64,000 bases of DNA, from contig JAUCBJ010009132.1 in the NCBI GenBank assembly GCA_032718475.1, forward strand, positions 62,001 to 126,000, in the 5' to 3' direction. The DNA comes from Nemertoderma westbladi (Eukaryota > Animalia > Xenacoelomorpha). Position numbers and translations under genes: made by a program. Each line of letters opens with the position of its first letter. The first letter of the stretch is position 1. Positions 47,274 to 60,155 of the stretch are shown here, in pieces. The notes beneath the pieces are model-generated. The model saw nothing but the letters and a program-made list of their open reading frames with translations. It was not told the DNA's origin and ran no database searches.

Positions 47274-50200
47274 AGAAAGCCGCCCCAATATTAGATTATT
47301 ACAACAACATATCCATTGGGTAAGAAAGTGGAGGAGAGCCAGCCCGTCTCTTAATTTTTTAATTTATATTACGCGATCAATTTTCACTCATCTCGTCATG
47401 AACCCAACATGTATGTAACCTTTTGTTAAATTTGTTGGCTATGCGTTTGCGGTTGTTTGGGCGGAGTGTGGTAGGCCTACACTTTTCACACTTAAATATT
47501 TTGGTTGTGAAATGTTACAGGGCATAGCGATCTGAGATATTTCATTTATATTTTATTATGAGAGGAAGAAGAACATACAACGTTATTTACTATGTAACAA
47601 AATAATTGTTTTCGGGTTTAACTTGGAAGCCTCCCCAAATAGTTGATATACAATTATATTTAAAATTATTTCCATGGTCATGGTCATTCACCCGTCTTTA
47701 GTTAGAAATTTGTTTGCATGAAAGACAGTTTAGTTTAGTTTTTACTGATTTATTATCTCTTATCTGACTGGGGTAATAATATAGGATAGGATAAATGGAA
47801 GCAAAGTGTGACAGTAACAAATATTTCCCCGTCACCCTAGCATGTCTTAAGTATATGATATATCAAAGGGGTAAGTTTGGATTCACTGCATAAATGCAGT
47901 TCACCAAACTTCCCCCGAATACACACTGTAACTTCCCCCTTCCCCCAAATATCCTCTGTTGAATTAATTTGAAGCGATATAATAAGTACAAAATTGTGCG
48001 AGTTTTTAATTGTGTGGTCCAATTGTTATTTGATTTCTATTTATTATTTAAAGTGCATTTAATATCACACTGGTTTTTAGAATATTATACTATACAACCT
48101 TATGTTTTATTAATTTACCCAATCGAAGCCTCATAAGGGCCGGTTATTTGTACGCATATCCCCTAATGCGCTCAGTAAGGTTCAAACAACATATTAATAT
48201 GAAAATAAAGTATCTGCAAAGAAAATAACCCAATACTATATAATTTGACCTTATTAAAAAATTTGCACTTTTGCACACTTATTTGTACAAATGCACTTTA
48301 GCAGATCGTAATGGTGGCTCTTATTTAACAACCTTATGTTTATCCTCTACCGATCTACGATGGTGTATGATCAAGTGTCAGTCGCTAAAAGTGTCAAAAA
48401 TCCAATTTAATAAATCTGGATTTGCGATTTTGGACCATATTCATGGACATTTTAAGTCACTTTATAGACATAAAAAGTTAAACAAATGTTACGATTATAG
48501 TTAGAAATCATTCCAAACTACATTTTAATCCAAAAAATAACATTCTACGATGAATAGAACTGGAAATAATAGTGTTTGAAGTATCGAAAAAATGTTCACT
48601 ATTTAAGTGCATTTTGCACTAAGTGCACATGCGTCTTTTCCCAAGTTGTATACTATTTCACACACTACAATCTATTCTCTATCCAATGAAAAAAGTTTCA
48701 GATTAAACGGCCCTGTAGAACCGAAGTTATTTATGTTTAAAAATAGTCACTCGAAAATTTCAAATTCTCTTGGTCACATAGTCTAGTGGTTATCAATCAC
48801 GTTAATGAAACCTAAGTTCGTGGGTTCGAAACCCAATATTGACCTGACCATTCTTAATTTTTTTGCAAAAAAAATTATTTTTATTTTTTCACTAAAATCG
48901 CTCTAACTTCGGTTCTGGTGGTCCAAATTCAATAAAATTGGTATATTCTTTGCCGTAATTTTTTTCTTAATCTTTTGAGAAGGGGTTATTTTTGGCCCCA
49001 AAAAAATTAAAAAAAAGGGCCAAAATAACGCGATATTTTTCGACCCTTAAAATTCGTAATTTTAATTATATATGTTAAGATAAAAGATAGCGGAGTTAAT
49101 TTGATACTTTTTACAGGTACTTTTGGCGCAATACGCTATATTATAATGGAATAGCGATTTGTTAAAAAAAAAAATTTTTCGTCCCTTTTTATAAATATTA
49201 TATTTCACACGATCGCCTGCCGCTCCAGTTTTATAATACCTCCAGCGCTGTGATTAACGCTGTTAGATAGATAATTTAACGCACTATAAGTCTGTGTAAA
49301 CAAATCTCCCGTAAGTTAAGTAGTTTTCGAGCTAGACGATTTCCCGCGAAGCAAGTTTGAAGCGCGAAATTATAATTTTGGCCCTCATTTTTTTAATATC
49401 ATCCTTGGAGCAAAACCGATAGCATATTTGAATTCCCCGTATGGATATTGACTGTATAGAATGTACCTTAACCAACTAAAGTTAAAAATAAAAAATTATT
49501 CGATAAAAACTACTTTACAAATTCTGGCCCTTTTTGGCCCCTATTGCCGACATATTTTTTGTACCCCCTTTCGATAGGAACGTAGCCCCAATGGTCTTCT
49601 ACGAGTTTCATAAAAGAATTAGTGGATTCCTACCCGCGTTGTCGAATTAAACATTTCGGAAATAAGTTTTCCAAAAAAGACGGACAAAAACGTACAAATT
49701 TACAGCCCCTTTTTCCACCCGAAATTTTAATAAATATCTTACCCCCATTCGATACGAAGGTAGTACCACTCTTCCCCTTTCCAACCGCGTTACTTTCGTC
49801 CCCGTACGATTAATATTAGCCGAGTTATAGCGGATCCCGCAAAGTCATTTTGTCCGTTTTTTCAACTTTGACGGACATTTTCGGAAAAAAGGCGAGGTAA
49901 TCTTTTTTGAAAAAAAAAACGAATTCACTAATTAATCCCTTCTATCGTATCCCGGCGTCGGCTAAGCAATAACCTAGGGTTTTTTCGAGCCACTGTAGAG
50001 CGCCTTTCAAAAAAATTTTAAAATTGTCGAAAAAATGACGGTTTTTTGTCCGCCGTGTCCGTCGAAGGGTTCGATTTCATAATGTTAGAGTTGCTAATAT
50101 CTTAGAATTCCGAGCCGCTCCCCTGGTGAGAAAATAAAAAAATATGGTCAGTTCCTTCATCGAAAAGTCCCCCAGAATCCCAAGTTAACCTATATAGTTA

Positions 50201-50294
50201 GCGAGGGCCTGCGGCTTTAGGAGCGGCCGCGGTATTCACCTCCCTCATAGCGGCCGCGGCGGTGTTGCGTCAAATGGAGAAATATTTATCCCAC
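47274..50294. mobile_element. 3.02-kb CGAG-bounded element, copy 2
   Basis: CGAG at 47270-47273 and 50295-50298; same termini AGAAAGCCGCCCC…TTTATCCCAC. Confidence 0.9.
48772..48844 (+). pseudogene. tRNA-like cassette in element copy 2
   Basis: As in copy 1, with a better T arm TGGG-TTCGAAA-CCCA. Confidence 0.6.
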
Positions 50295-50298
50295 CGAG

Positions 50299-51713
50299 AG
50301 AAAGCCGCCCCAATATTAGATTATAACAACAACATTTCCATTGGGTAAGAAGTGGAGAAGAGCCAGGCCCGACTCTCAATTTTTTAGTTTATATTACGCG
50401 ATCAATTTTCACTCATCTCGTCATGAACACAACATGTATGTAAACTTTTGATAAATTTGTTGGCTATGCGTTTGCGGCTGTTTGGGCGGTGTGTGGTAGG
50501 CCTACACTTTTCACACTGAAACATTTTGGTTGTGAAATGTTCAGGGCACAGCGATCTGAGATATTTCATATATATTTTATTATGAGAGGAAGAAGAACAT
50601 ACAACGTTATTTACTATATTATATGTAACGAAATAATTGTTTTTGGGTTTGGAAGCCTCCCCAAATAGTTGATATACAATTATATTTAAAATTATTTCCA
50701 TGGTCATGGTCATTCACCCGTCTTTAATTAGAAATTTGTTTGCATGAAAGACAGTTTAGTTTATTTTTTTCTGATTATTATCTCTTATCTGACTGGGGTA
50801 ATAATAAAGGATAGGATAAATGGAAGCAAAGTGTGACAGTAACAATTATTTCCCAGTCACCCTAGCATGTCTTAAGTATACGATATCTAAAAGGGGGAAG
50901 TTTGGATTCACTGCATAAATGCAGTTCACCAAACTTCCCCCGAATGCACACTGTAACTTCCCCCTTCCCCCAAATATCCACTGTTAAATTAATTTGAAGC
51001 GATATAATAAGTACAAAATTGTGCGAGTTTTTAATTGTGTAGTCCATTTGTTATTTGATCTCTATTTATTGTTTAAAGTGCATTTAATATCACACTGGTT
51101 TTTTAGAATATTACAACCTTATGTTTTATTTATTAACCCAATCGAAGCCTTAATAAGGGCCGCTTATTTGTACGCATATCCCTAATGCGCTCAGTATGAG
51201 CCAAACAACATATTAATATGAAAATAAAGTATCTGCAAAGAAAAGAACCCAATGCTATATAATTTGACCTTATTAAAAAATTTTTTGCATACTTATTCGT
51301 ACAAGTGCACTTTAGCAGATCCTAATGGTGGTTCTTATTTAATAAACTTATGTTTATCCTCTACCGATCTACGATGGTGTATGATCAAGTGTCAGTCACT
51401 AAAAGTGTAAAAAATCTAATTTAATAAATCGCGACATTTGCGATTTTGGACCATATTCATGGGCATTTTAAGTCACTTTATATACATAAAAAGTTAAACA
51501 AATGTTACGATTATAGTTAGAAATCACTCCAAACTACATTTTAATCCAAAAAATAAAATTCTACGATGAATGGAACTGGAAATAATAGTGTTTGAAATAT
51601 CGAAAAAATGTGTACTTTTTAAGTGCATTATGCACTAAGTGCATATGCGTCTTTTCCCAAGTTGTATCCTATTTCACACACTACATACAATCTATCCTCT
51701 ATCCAATGAAAAA
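50299..51713. mobile_element. CGAG-bounded element, copy 3 (more diverged, tandem with copy 2, cut by an LTR element)
   Basis: Colinear with the first 1.4 kb of copies 1 and 2, with more substitutions and indels; homology stops at TGTAAAAGC (51714). Confidence 0.88.
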
Positions 51714-53009
51714 TGTAAAAGCTTTTGTGGGATGTAACTGGCCCTTTTGCTTTGCAATCCAGTTCCCCCCCAGGCGCTGGAATACTCTAAAAAGCTCTCT
51801 AACTCGAATGATGCAAAGCGACCGGCTGATTGGCTGATTTGTTATACGAGGGGCTCTTTGCTATGTTCTATCGGCCAACCAGAGCTATAGCAGCAGAGTA
51901 TGCAACAAGGGCAACCGAGCGGAGTGACTCATTTTGTGTGTTGGCCAAGGGCTGCAAAAATCCTGATAGTTCGGCATTTAGATATTCGTGGAACCTGTGG
52001 AATCTGGTGTTCTGCCAATGAGAGCTATCCCTCTCTGTGTAAAAAGATACCTGCAACGGTGTTAGAGTCAGAGAGTTCTTGTTATAGTTGTGTTGTTTCT
52101 ATCTAGGCCAAGAACACCGGCTCTGGAGTCAATTGTTTTCAGACTTTAGAAGAAACATTAGTAGGCTTAGATTATAGAACGTATAACTGTTATCTCGCCA
52201 TAATTATCAACTAACCAAACAATCATATCATATCTTAACCTACCGTCTTAATGCTGTTTACTGTTGTTATTGTTTGTATCAGTTGGTTGAATATTATTAT
52301 TTGGAGAACATCTATAAAGAACCCAAATTTCCCAATTTTCTTGATACACTACAGGTTAGAGAGACAGGATACATATAACAATTGCGACTTATGTTATCGT
52401 GGTTTGTAGTGAACCTAATGCTATTTGATAGGCACTACATGAGTCAATTGCTGTTCTCTTTATGTGTGATAAAATTCATTGACGGTCGGCAGATTAGTGT
52501 GCAGTATTGTGCGGTACCGGTAGTGTGCATGATTGTGGCTGATAACTAAGCATTTCCTAAAGAATGCGCCTCATACGTGAATCATAAGCCTTACCGACTT
52601 ACCGTTGTGTTTAGTATAAGTCATAGCTCTGTTTACCTAGATAGAGCGCCACGTCCTAAAGGAACTGTTAATATTTCCCGAAAGTGAATAATATTGGTCA
52701 GAAATTATTTATTAACGATCAATCGAATAATACAGTAAGCTTACACTGCAATAACAATCTAAGCCCTCCGAATCCAGTCTCCCGGGTATATCCAGCGGGT
52801 GAATGGACGCGCACTAGACTGGCTTCGGCTAATGTTGTGTTTATTGGTATTAAATACTTGTCATTTTCTAAAGTCTATTTATAAACCAAAAGACATATAA
52901 ATTTTGGCAGGTTAAACTGCTAAAGGTCTTCAAAAGCGCGTACAATAACAGTTATTTTCTTTATTGCAGTAAGCAATAAAGTTGAAAGTACCGGTAGACC
53001 GGTAAACCT

Positions 53010-53157
53010 GAATCGGTACTGCTGTAGGTCCGTAGGCCCAACTGCCAGAATGGGTACTGCTGTAGGTCCGTAGGCCCAACTGCCAGAATCGGTACTGCTG
53101 TAGGTCCGTAGGCCCAACTGCCAGAATCGGTACTGCTGTAGGTCCGTAGGCCCAACT
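53010..53157. repeat. 38-bp tandem repeat, ~4 copies
   Basis: GAATCGGTACTGCTGTAGGTCCGTAGGCCCAACTGCCA at 53010, 53048, 53086, 53124. Confidence 0.95.
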
Positions 53158-53346
53158 TTCCTAACCGGTACTTCCAGTATAAGTACATTAGTATTATTCG
53201 ATTTTGATTATTGTATACCGGTAGGTCTCGATATTAAATCGGGGACGCCTGGTTTTTATTGGGATTTTACTTAGGTCTATTTCTGTCAGTTTTATTTCCT
53301 AGTAAGTTAATATTGAGCTGAAGACGTGTAAGTCTGCTCAGATTGT

Positions 53347-53925
53347 TCAGATAATTGTAGGCCGGACTGTTGTCGGACTGTTGTTGGGTCTGGAGAGATT
53401 GCGGCGTGTGTGGAGTTTGTCCGATAAAGTGCCAGTTAGTAAGTTGGGGCAGCCAGAGCTGTAAGGTCAATCCACTCTTAAAGAATAAGTAGTACTACCG
53501 TGTTAGAACGCATACTAACTAACCATTTTGGAATCTGCACATACTGTAGTTTATTTAGGCTTGATAGTAGTCTGCCAGCGTTTTTAGTCTGTGTTTGTTT
53601 GTGTGGTCTGTTCAGGTACCGTAATAGTTATTACTCAGATATTTTGTAGGCTGGATTGTTGTCTAGCTATTATTAGGTCTGAAGAGATTGCTGCGTGTGT
53701 AGAGTTTGTCTGATAAAGTGCCAGTTAGTAAGTTGGGGCAGCCAGAGCTGTAAGGTCAATCCCCTCTTAAAGAATAAGTCGTACTACCGTGTTAGAACGC
53801 ATACTAACTAACCATTTCGGAATCTGCACATACTGTAGTTTATTTAGGCTTGGTGGTAGTCTGCCAGCGTTTGGTTTGTATTTTGTTTGAGTATTCTGTA
53901 CGGGTAGCGTAATATTTATTATTCA
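53347..53925. repeat. ~289-bp tandem duplication
   Basis: GATAAAGTGCCAGTTAGTAAGTTGGGGCAGCCAGAGCTGTAAGGTCAATCC and flanks occur twice, 289 bp apart. Confidence 0.9.
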
Positions 53926-55241
53926 GAGTTTATGCGATTATTCGCAACATTCATGTCCCCAAGTTTATTCCTACAGTAATTGTGCTTGTTACACATACCG
54001 TTATAGTTAAATTAACCCCGGTACTACACGGGCTGCTTGGCGTAGGTAAAGACTGGTGACTTTGTGCTCCGGTCACTCCAGCAGATGCCGTGGTTCTTTT
54101 AACTGTTCAAGTATATTTAACTGCTGGTTATTTGTTTTTAATAAGTACTTGTACCTAATTTAGGGTTTGGTGTACAGTGCTTTCCGAAAGTAATTAGTGT
54201 GTAGGCAGTGTATTGTGTTGTAAAGTGGTTAATAGGCACGTTGGATCTGGTAGTCCGCGGTAATTAACTTCTAGGTAGGAACACTCCGTGATACATAACG
54301 TAGTACCTATAGCGATACGGCTATAGGTCGTCAGACGGTGGTATTTTTCCTATCTGGACAGCGCAACATATTTACTACTACTTATTATTTTCAAATACCG
54401 TAGTACCCTGTCCGTTGTAATAACCAGAAATTCTAACCCTTTGTTAGGCTGGTTTGTAGACTTCCTGTAAAATTACCCTAAAAATTTCGTACGTAATATT
54501 TTTTGTTGTGTTTAATTAGAGATTTAATCTCACCCGTATCGTAAGTAATTCGTAGATAAGTAACTTAGGAAGTAGAATTATTTGTTTTAGTGTCCAATAA
54601 GTAGCACTTCACTGAGAGCGCACAGCTTTTGTGTAGTGATTAATTCCCAGAAATAATAACATCTATTTCAATATTGTAACAAAACCCCTCATACGCGCAC
54701 ATATAAATCCACTAAATCTATTAATAAAATAGTAGGCCTGTTATACAACACTTAGGTCTTAATATCAGTTGGACTGCTGCTCAAATAACGGTAATAAAGT
54801 AAGTAAAGTAACCAAGTAACCCCTAACATTCAGAAATTCAATTATTTAAAATAATTGACATACCGGTATTTACAATAGGCTTATTATATTTATTCTATAA
54901 ATTTAGGCTGAAATCATACCGGTATTCTGTAATTAATTCTAGTCTGTAATAATTATACTTATATACTATAAGTGTCAGCTGTATACCGGTATTCATGATA
55001 GGCCTATTATATATTTATATATATTTGTGCTAAAATTATATACCGGTACTCTGTGACAAATCTAGTCTGTAATAATACTTATATATATACTATAAGCATA
55101 CCGGTATTCTAATATATTATATATATCACGCTACACTGAGTAGCAGTATCGGTAATTAATTGTGAGGCTAACAGTGATACTGAATTACTAGACTTGCTTT
55201 AACTGTAATATAGCAGTAGGCATTCAACTGTACAATCGAAC

Positions 55242-58200
55242 ATGGCTGACACAAGGCAAACTCTGTCAGATAGTCTCCTAGAAACAACAGCCTGTTTCTC
55301 AGATCAAAGTGTAGAGAATCCCAGACCGAGATCTGAAACCCCTCATACTGTAAGAAGGGCAACCCCTGCAGTGGTTGTGTCAGAACCTAGGTTGGTAGAA
55401 AAGATTTCGCAATTTGCGAAGTTAGTGAAGCGCCGTTGGTCTGCCATAGGCACTCGGGCCCAAGTCAAGCGGGATCAAGAAGAAGCTATAAAACAGCAGC
55501 AACCTCCTAGCCAAGAACCTAGTTCTCAGCGGCCCGATAGCTCCAGTAGTTCGGATACTGTTGAGCGGACGCCCGAACGCGGAGCGAAGATGGCGGATAC
55601 GGTTTATGATGAGCGGCCAACCTATGAAGAATCAACCGACGCCACTTCTTCTCAAGTGGAAAGCGAGGTGGAAAGCGAAGTGGAAAGCGAATTAACAGCA
55701 GCAGAGAAGCCGCGAACTAGAGACGCCATTGACATCTATCTGTCAGACTATCAGCGATTCATAGGAGACGAAGAGTTGAGGAGACGACTGTCTGGACTTC
55801 GCCCTAATAGTGAAGGAACCAAGCTTGTGTTGGACGCAATCGATGCGGAAATGTTAGCTGCAAACCAAGCTAAATTTGATTAAAAACTCCACCTCGTTAG
55901 AGTCCAAGAAGAACAAGTAAAGAAAAAACGGATAGAGGACAGAAAGGCAGTAGCAGCGGCGAAAGCGGCAGCGGCAGTGGAAGAGGCAAAAGCGGCAGCG
56001 GCAGTGGAAGCGGCAACGGCAGTAGCATCGGCGAAACCGGCAGAGGCAGTAGCAGAAGCAAAAGCGGCAGCGGCAGTGGAAGCAGCCAAAGCAGCAGCAG
56101 CAATGGCATTGGCAGAAGCAGAACAGAGGGCGTCTGAAGAGACCACACAACTGGAGTTGGAAAATCTTCAAGAGACGCAAGACAACATAAATAAACAGTT
56201 AACTGCTAGTCAAATGCAGATGATGAGTCGATCTACTCCCAAACGTCAAGAATACACATCATCGGAAGAAGGCGAGACCACCGATCCTGAAGGCGGAGGA
56301 AATAGATCTCGTCTAAGCAGGCGTAGAAAAACATCTCACCGTTATAAATTGCCTGATTTGCCCCCAGCGGTTAGAAGACAACTAGCTAGCACAGACTTAG
56401 GTAGTACAGAACCCACAGAACAAATTATTCAGGTCAAAAGACTCCCTACAATAGTTGATGAGCCTGAAATAATTAGGCCTGTCGTTCCCAAAGCCACTCC
56501 TGTGCTAGAGACCCCTGTACTTCCAGAGCTTAACTCTAAATTCCCTTTACACAGTACTACACTGCCTGTACCCGGTAGAACAGTCCATGAGAATGTCCCT
56601 GTCCTGGAAGCTGAGAGAGAAATCAAAGATTTGTCTCTCGTCGTCCCGCGTCAGCCCGCTACAATGTTGGCGACTCCCGCTTCGGCGGTCGAGTGGGTAG
56701 AGGAGTGACGGCGGGGGATGAATCTCCTGCTCGGACAGATGCAGGAGACTGTCTACCAACTTAAGGGAACAGTAAGGGAAGGTAGGGCAGAATTGCAAGA
56801 AGTGCAGCAAAGTATCGCGCTGGAACGCGACAAATTAGTCAATATACAAAAGGGTATACCAATACCCCCAGTAACATTGTGTCAACCTGTTAGGTCTGAA
56901 GTATTACATGCGCAAGGTGTGGAGCCTACACGCATCTATACTGCTAGTGAAGTAGAAACTCCTATAGCAAACCCTATTAAGGGTGATTATAAACCTGTTG
57001 TTAATGATATTCCCTATAGACCTGATAATAATCCGGGAAATTTATATACCGATAATTCGATATTAAATAACACGATGGCCCAAGAAAGCTTTACGCGTCA
57101 GATGGCTAGAACAGAAGCCCGCCAAGCGGGTAAAGTGGGAGAGATCGTCAAATTCAATGGAGATGAGATGAAATGGTTACCTTTCAATGAATATTACAAA
57201 GATAGCATACAGAACTCTGTACTATCTAACGGAGAGAAACTTAGATTCCTCATCAAGTGCTTGGAAGGACCTCCCAAGTTAATGGCGTTAAAGTTTATTG
57301 GACATCCAGATGGATTAAGACAAGTTTGGGATACATTAAACACCAGGTATGGTAACAAGGATAATATAGCTAAGTATTTGTATGCAAAATTAGTAGCCCC
57401 CAGAAACTTCCTTAGTAGCGGGATTATAGAATTTTCCGATGAGATTCAGGAGATCTGTAGACAATTGGACTGGTTAGGTAAGTCTCATGAATATCAGAGT
57501 TCCATGGTTATTGGAGCAGTAGTCTCTACTTTACCAAAGGGTGGAGTATGTACACGTTGGGACAAGAAAGTGTTGTATATGAATGAGCAGCAACGACGAA
57601 GTCCTACCATGGCTGATCTCATGTCCTTCTTAGATGGTGAAGTAAAACTACAACTCATCAAGCAGTCCAGAGAGAAAACATCGGAAAATAAGGTAAGTGA
57701 GAAACCCGTTTCTAGGAGAAGAGTAACACCAGTGTGTTACACTGACGACGGCGAAAGCCAAGCTTCTCAAGAAGAGGACAGCGGGAAAGACACAGCAAAA
57801 TCTTACTATGACAACAAGACCTATAAAGACGTAAGTAAATATAAGTCTCGAACCAGTGACAGGAGAGAACAGGTAACAACAACTCCTCCTACGTCTCCTA
57901 AGATAATTCACGGAAGAAAGCCCGAAGAAAGAACGAGAGTGCATAACGTTACCCAAGGTAAAGTGAGTAACATCAAACCAAAATGTGCGCTGTGCGACGG
58001 GCCCCACCGTTTGAGTGTCTGTGCTGAATTCCTAAAGAAATCCCTGGTAGACAGACGTGAAGTCATGTGGGATAAGCGGTTATGCTATAATTGCCTCAGA
58101 CAAGGACACCAACGGCGAACCTGTTACTCCGACGTAAGGTATGCAAAGTGCGGTGCGAAACATCACATCTTGTTACACAGTGAATTCGAACGAAACAACC

Positions 58201-59342
58201 CGAGTCAGGTAAGTGAGCCCGAACTACATGCCCAATTCAGTGATGTAAATGACACAGATCAAGAGTCTGAGATGGAAGGATTCTATACTGACGAATTCTC
58301 CGACGCCAACGAATCCTGTTACCTAATCAATACCGCGGTGTATCGAGCACTTACTTACGAAAAGGACACCGACAATGAGTTTCCCCCAACTACCTTTGAC
58401 AGACAACCATCTTGGAAAGCTCCAACTTCCAACGTAGGAATCAGAGAATTTCCTGTAGTGCAGGTAAGAGTTCACGGTCCTAACAAAAGTTACATAGTGA
58501 ACGCCCTCCTTGACTCCGGCAGCACAGGAACATTCATCGATCAAGAACTAGCCGAAGATATCTTTGCTGGACAACCCAAATTCCGGACTAAATTGAATAT
58601 GTCAGGAATTATGCAGGTTTGGAAATCTACCCTAACGGCAGATTACTATGTAGGTGTGTTGTCCACCCCCCAGGATAAATTAGGAGCACAAGGTATAAGG
58701 TCGGTAAAAATGGTGGCTATAAAGAACTTCGCTACTCGCAAATACTCGCAAATACTCATCGGCCAAAACGCGCATGAGGCGCTCGAGACATTGGAGAAAC
58801 GGCCTGCTCAACCGCAGCCACTACAAACCTATGCGGTAAGAACTAGAGTAGGTTGGTACTTCACTGGCCCTTCCCGTAGAACTCTCAAAGAGAGATTACC
58901 TCAACAACAGGTATACCAAGTAAAGGAATGGGAAGTGGAGAGCAGTGATGTGGACGATCCAACTGAGGGAACACCATACTCCTCAGATAATGACGATATT
59001 AACTCCAATGTAGATCAATGGAGACATTGCCTTGGGACGATTAATCCAGCCGACATCGCTTCCAGAGGAGCAACTCCTCAAGAACTGATAGATACTCCAG
59101 GCTGGTTAGGTGGATCCGACTTCTTAAGTAAAGAAGAAGAAGAATGGCCTCCTCATCTTACCACGGCGGAGATTAGACAGGCCAAGGGAGCGGAGAAAGT
59201 AACACAACAACTCAATCGCCCAGCTAGTCGTTTATGTTTACTGGAAAGAGACCGAAAACTGTCCGGAAACTATGGAAGGCAAGATACTCTTCCTACGACC
59301 ACTTCCCTAATCCGACAAATATCTAGGGACTCCATAACGTAA
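55242..59342 (+). pseudogene. gag: BEL/Pao gag-protease-(RNase H remnant) polyprotein in one frame, with two internal stops (TAA 55881, TGA 56706)
   Basis: Three track ORFs share a frame; capsid-like KFNGDEMKWLPF…EKLRFLIKCLEG; knuckles CALCDGPHRLSVC, CYNCLRQGHQRRTC, (Y)AKCGAKHHILLH; protease ALLDSGS, TRVGW; QWRH…NPADIASRG. Confidence 0.9.
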
Positions 59343-59889
59343 TAAACATATGGAGTGGGCGTGTGACTATATCATTTTATATTTGTTTTTATTTTATATT
59401 TATGTATGTATTATTATGTAATTTTATTATAATCGTTTCTTTTAATTTTATTTAGTAGAATGTTATTTTAGTGATTATTTAGTAGATTAGTGCAATATAT
59501 TAGTGTTTATTACGTACGTAATTACTTATAATATATTTAGTGCGATGGCGAGAAATAATTATTTTTTCTCTTTCCTTACTGTCCGTATCATATTATAAAT
59601 ACGTGACTACAGTAAGATGAAATGTCCGTACTTATTAAAGTACAATAAAGCTCCTACTATATTTAAGTATTATTGGTAGGCAGAGTATTAGGAATGCAAA
59701 GTTCAGACCCTCGTGTCTCGGCTAAACCAAGCTCTGGGTAGACCTTGGAAACGACTTGCCTCTTCACACTGACATTGCTTCGTGCGATATTGCTCTTCTA
59801 CCTTATATTAAATAATACATATAGTAGCGTGATGTCCCTATAACAGTAGCGTAAAACGCAAATAAATCTGTTAAACCTTTTGACCATCT

Positions 59890-60155
59890 GTAATTCTAGT
59901 CGATTAAGATATCGCGGCACCCACCGATATACTTGAAAGACAAATTCTAGAATCAGTGGTTAACGTCCCCAGACAAGTTCTGGAATAAATCGGTGCCCAT
60001 CTTAAATATTAATTTAATATTTATTAAAATCTGTAAAATTCAGATCCTTTAAAATTTCTAGTCAATTAAGATATCGCAGCGCTTACCGATACTCTTAAAA
60101 GACAATTTTATAGAATTAAGGATCCTAGGTCCCCAGACATGCTCTGGAATAAAAT
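59890..60155. repeat. Diverged ~165-bp direct duplication
   Basis: TTCTAGTC(G/A)ATTAAGATATCGC…GTCCCCAGACA…CTGGAATAAA occurs twice. Confidence 0.75.

Larger units (their letters stand above)
51714..59342 (+). mobile_element. BEL/Pao LTR retrotransposon, internally deleted; probable 5' LTR starts TGT at 51714; 3' LTR not in the window
   Basis: Abrupt TGT junction in copy 3, a long leader, then a gag-protease ORF. The LTR end and PBS could not be fixed. Confidence 0.75.

Noticed and set aside
42610-51185. Repeated small ORFs inside the CGAG element (61-103 aa)
   Set aside because: They recur only because the DNA is duplicated; no motifs, mostly non-ATG starts, and several are not preserved in copy 3.
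55854-56180. Cys-rich, Ala-rich and Leu-Pro minus-strand ORFs
   Set aside because: Antisense shadows of the GCN-rich Ala repeat in gag.
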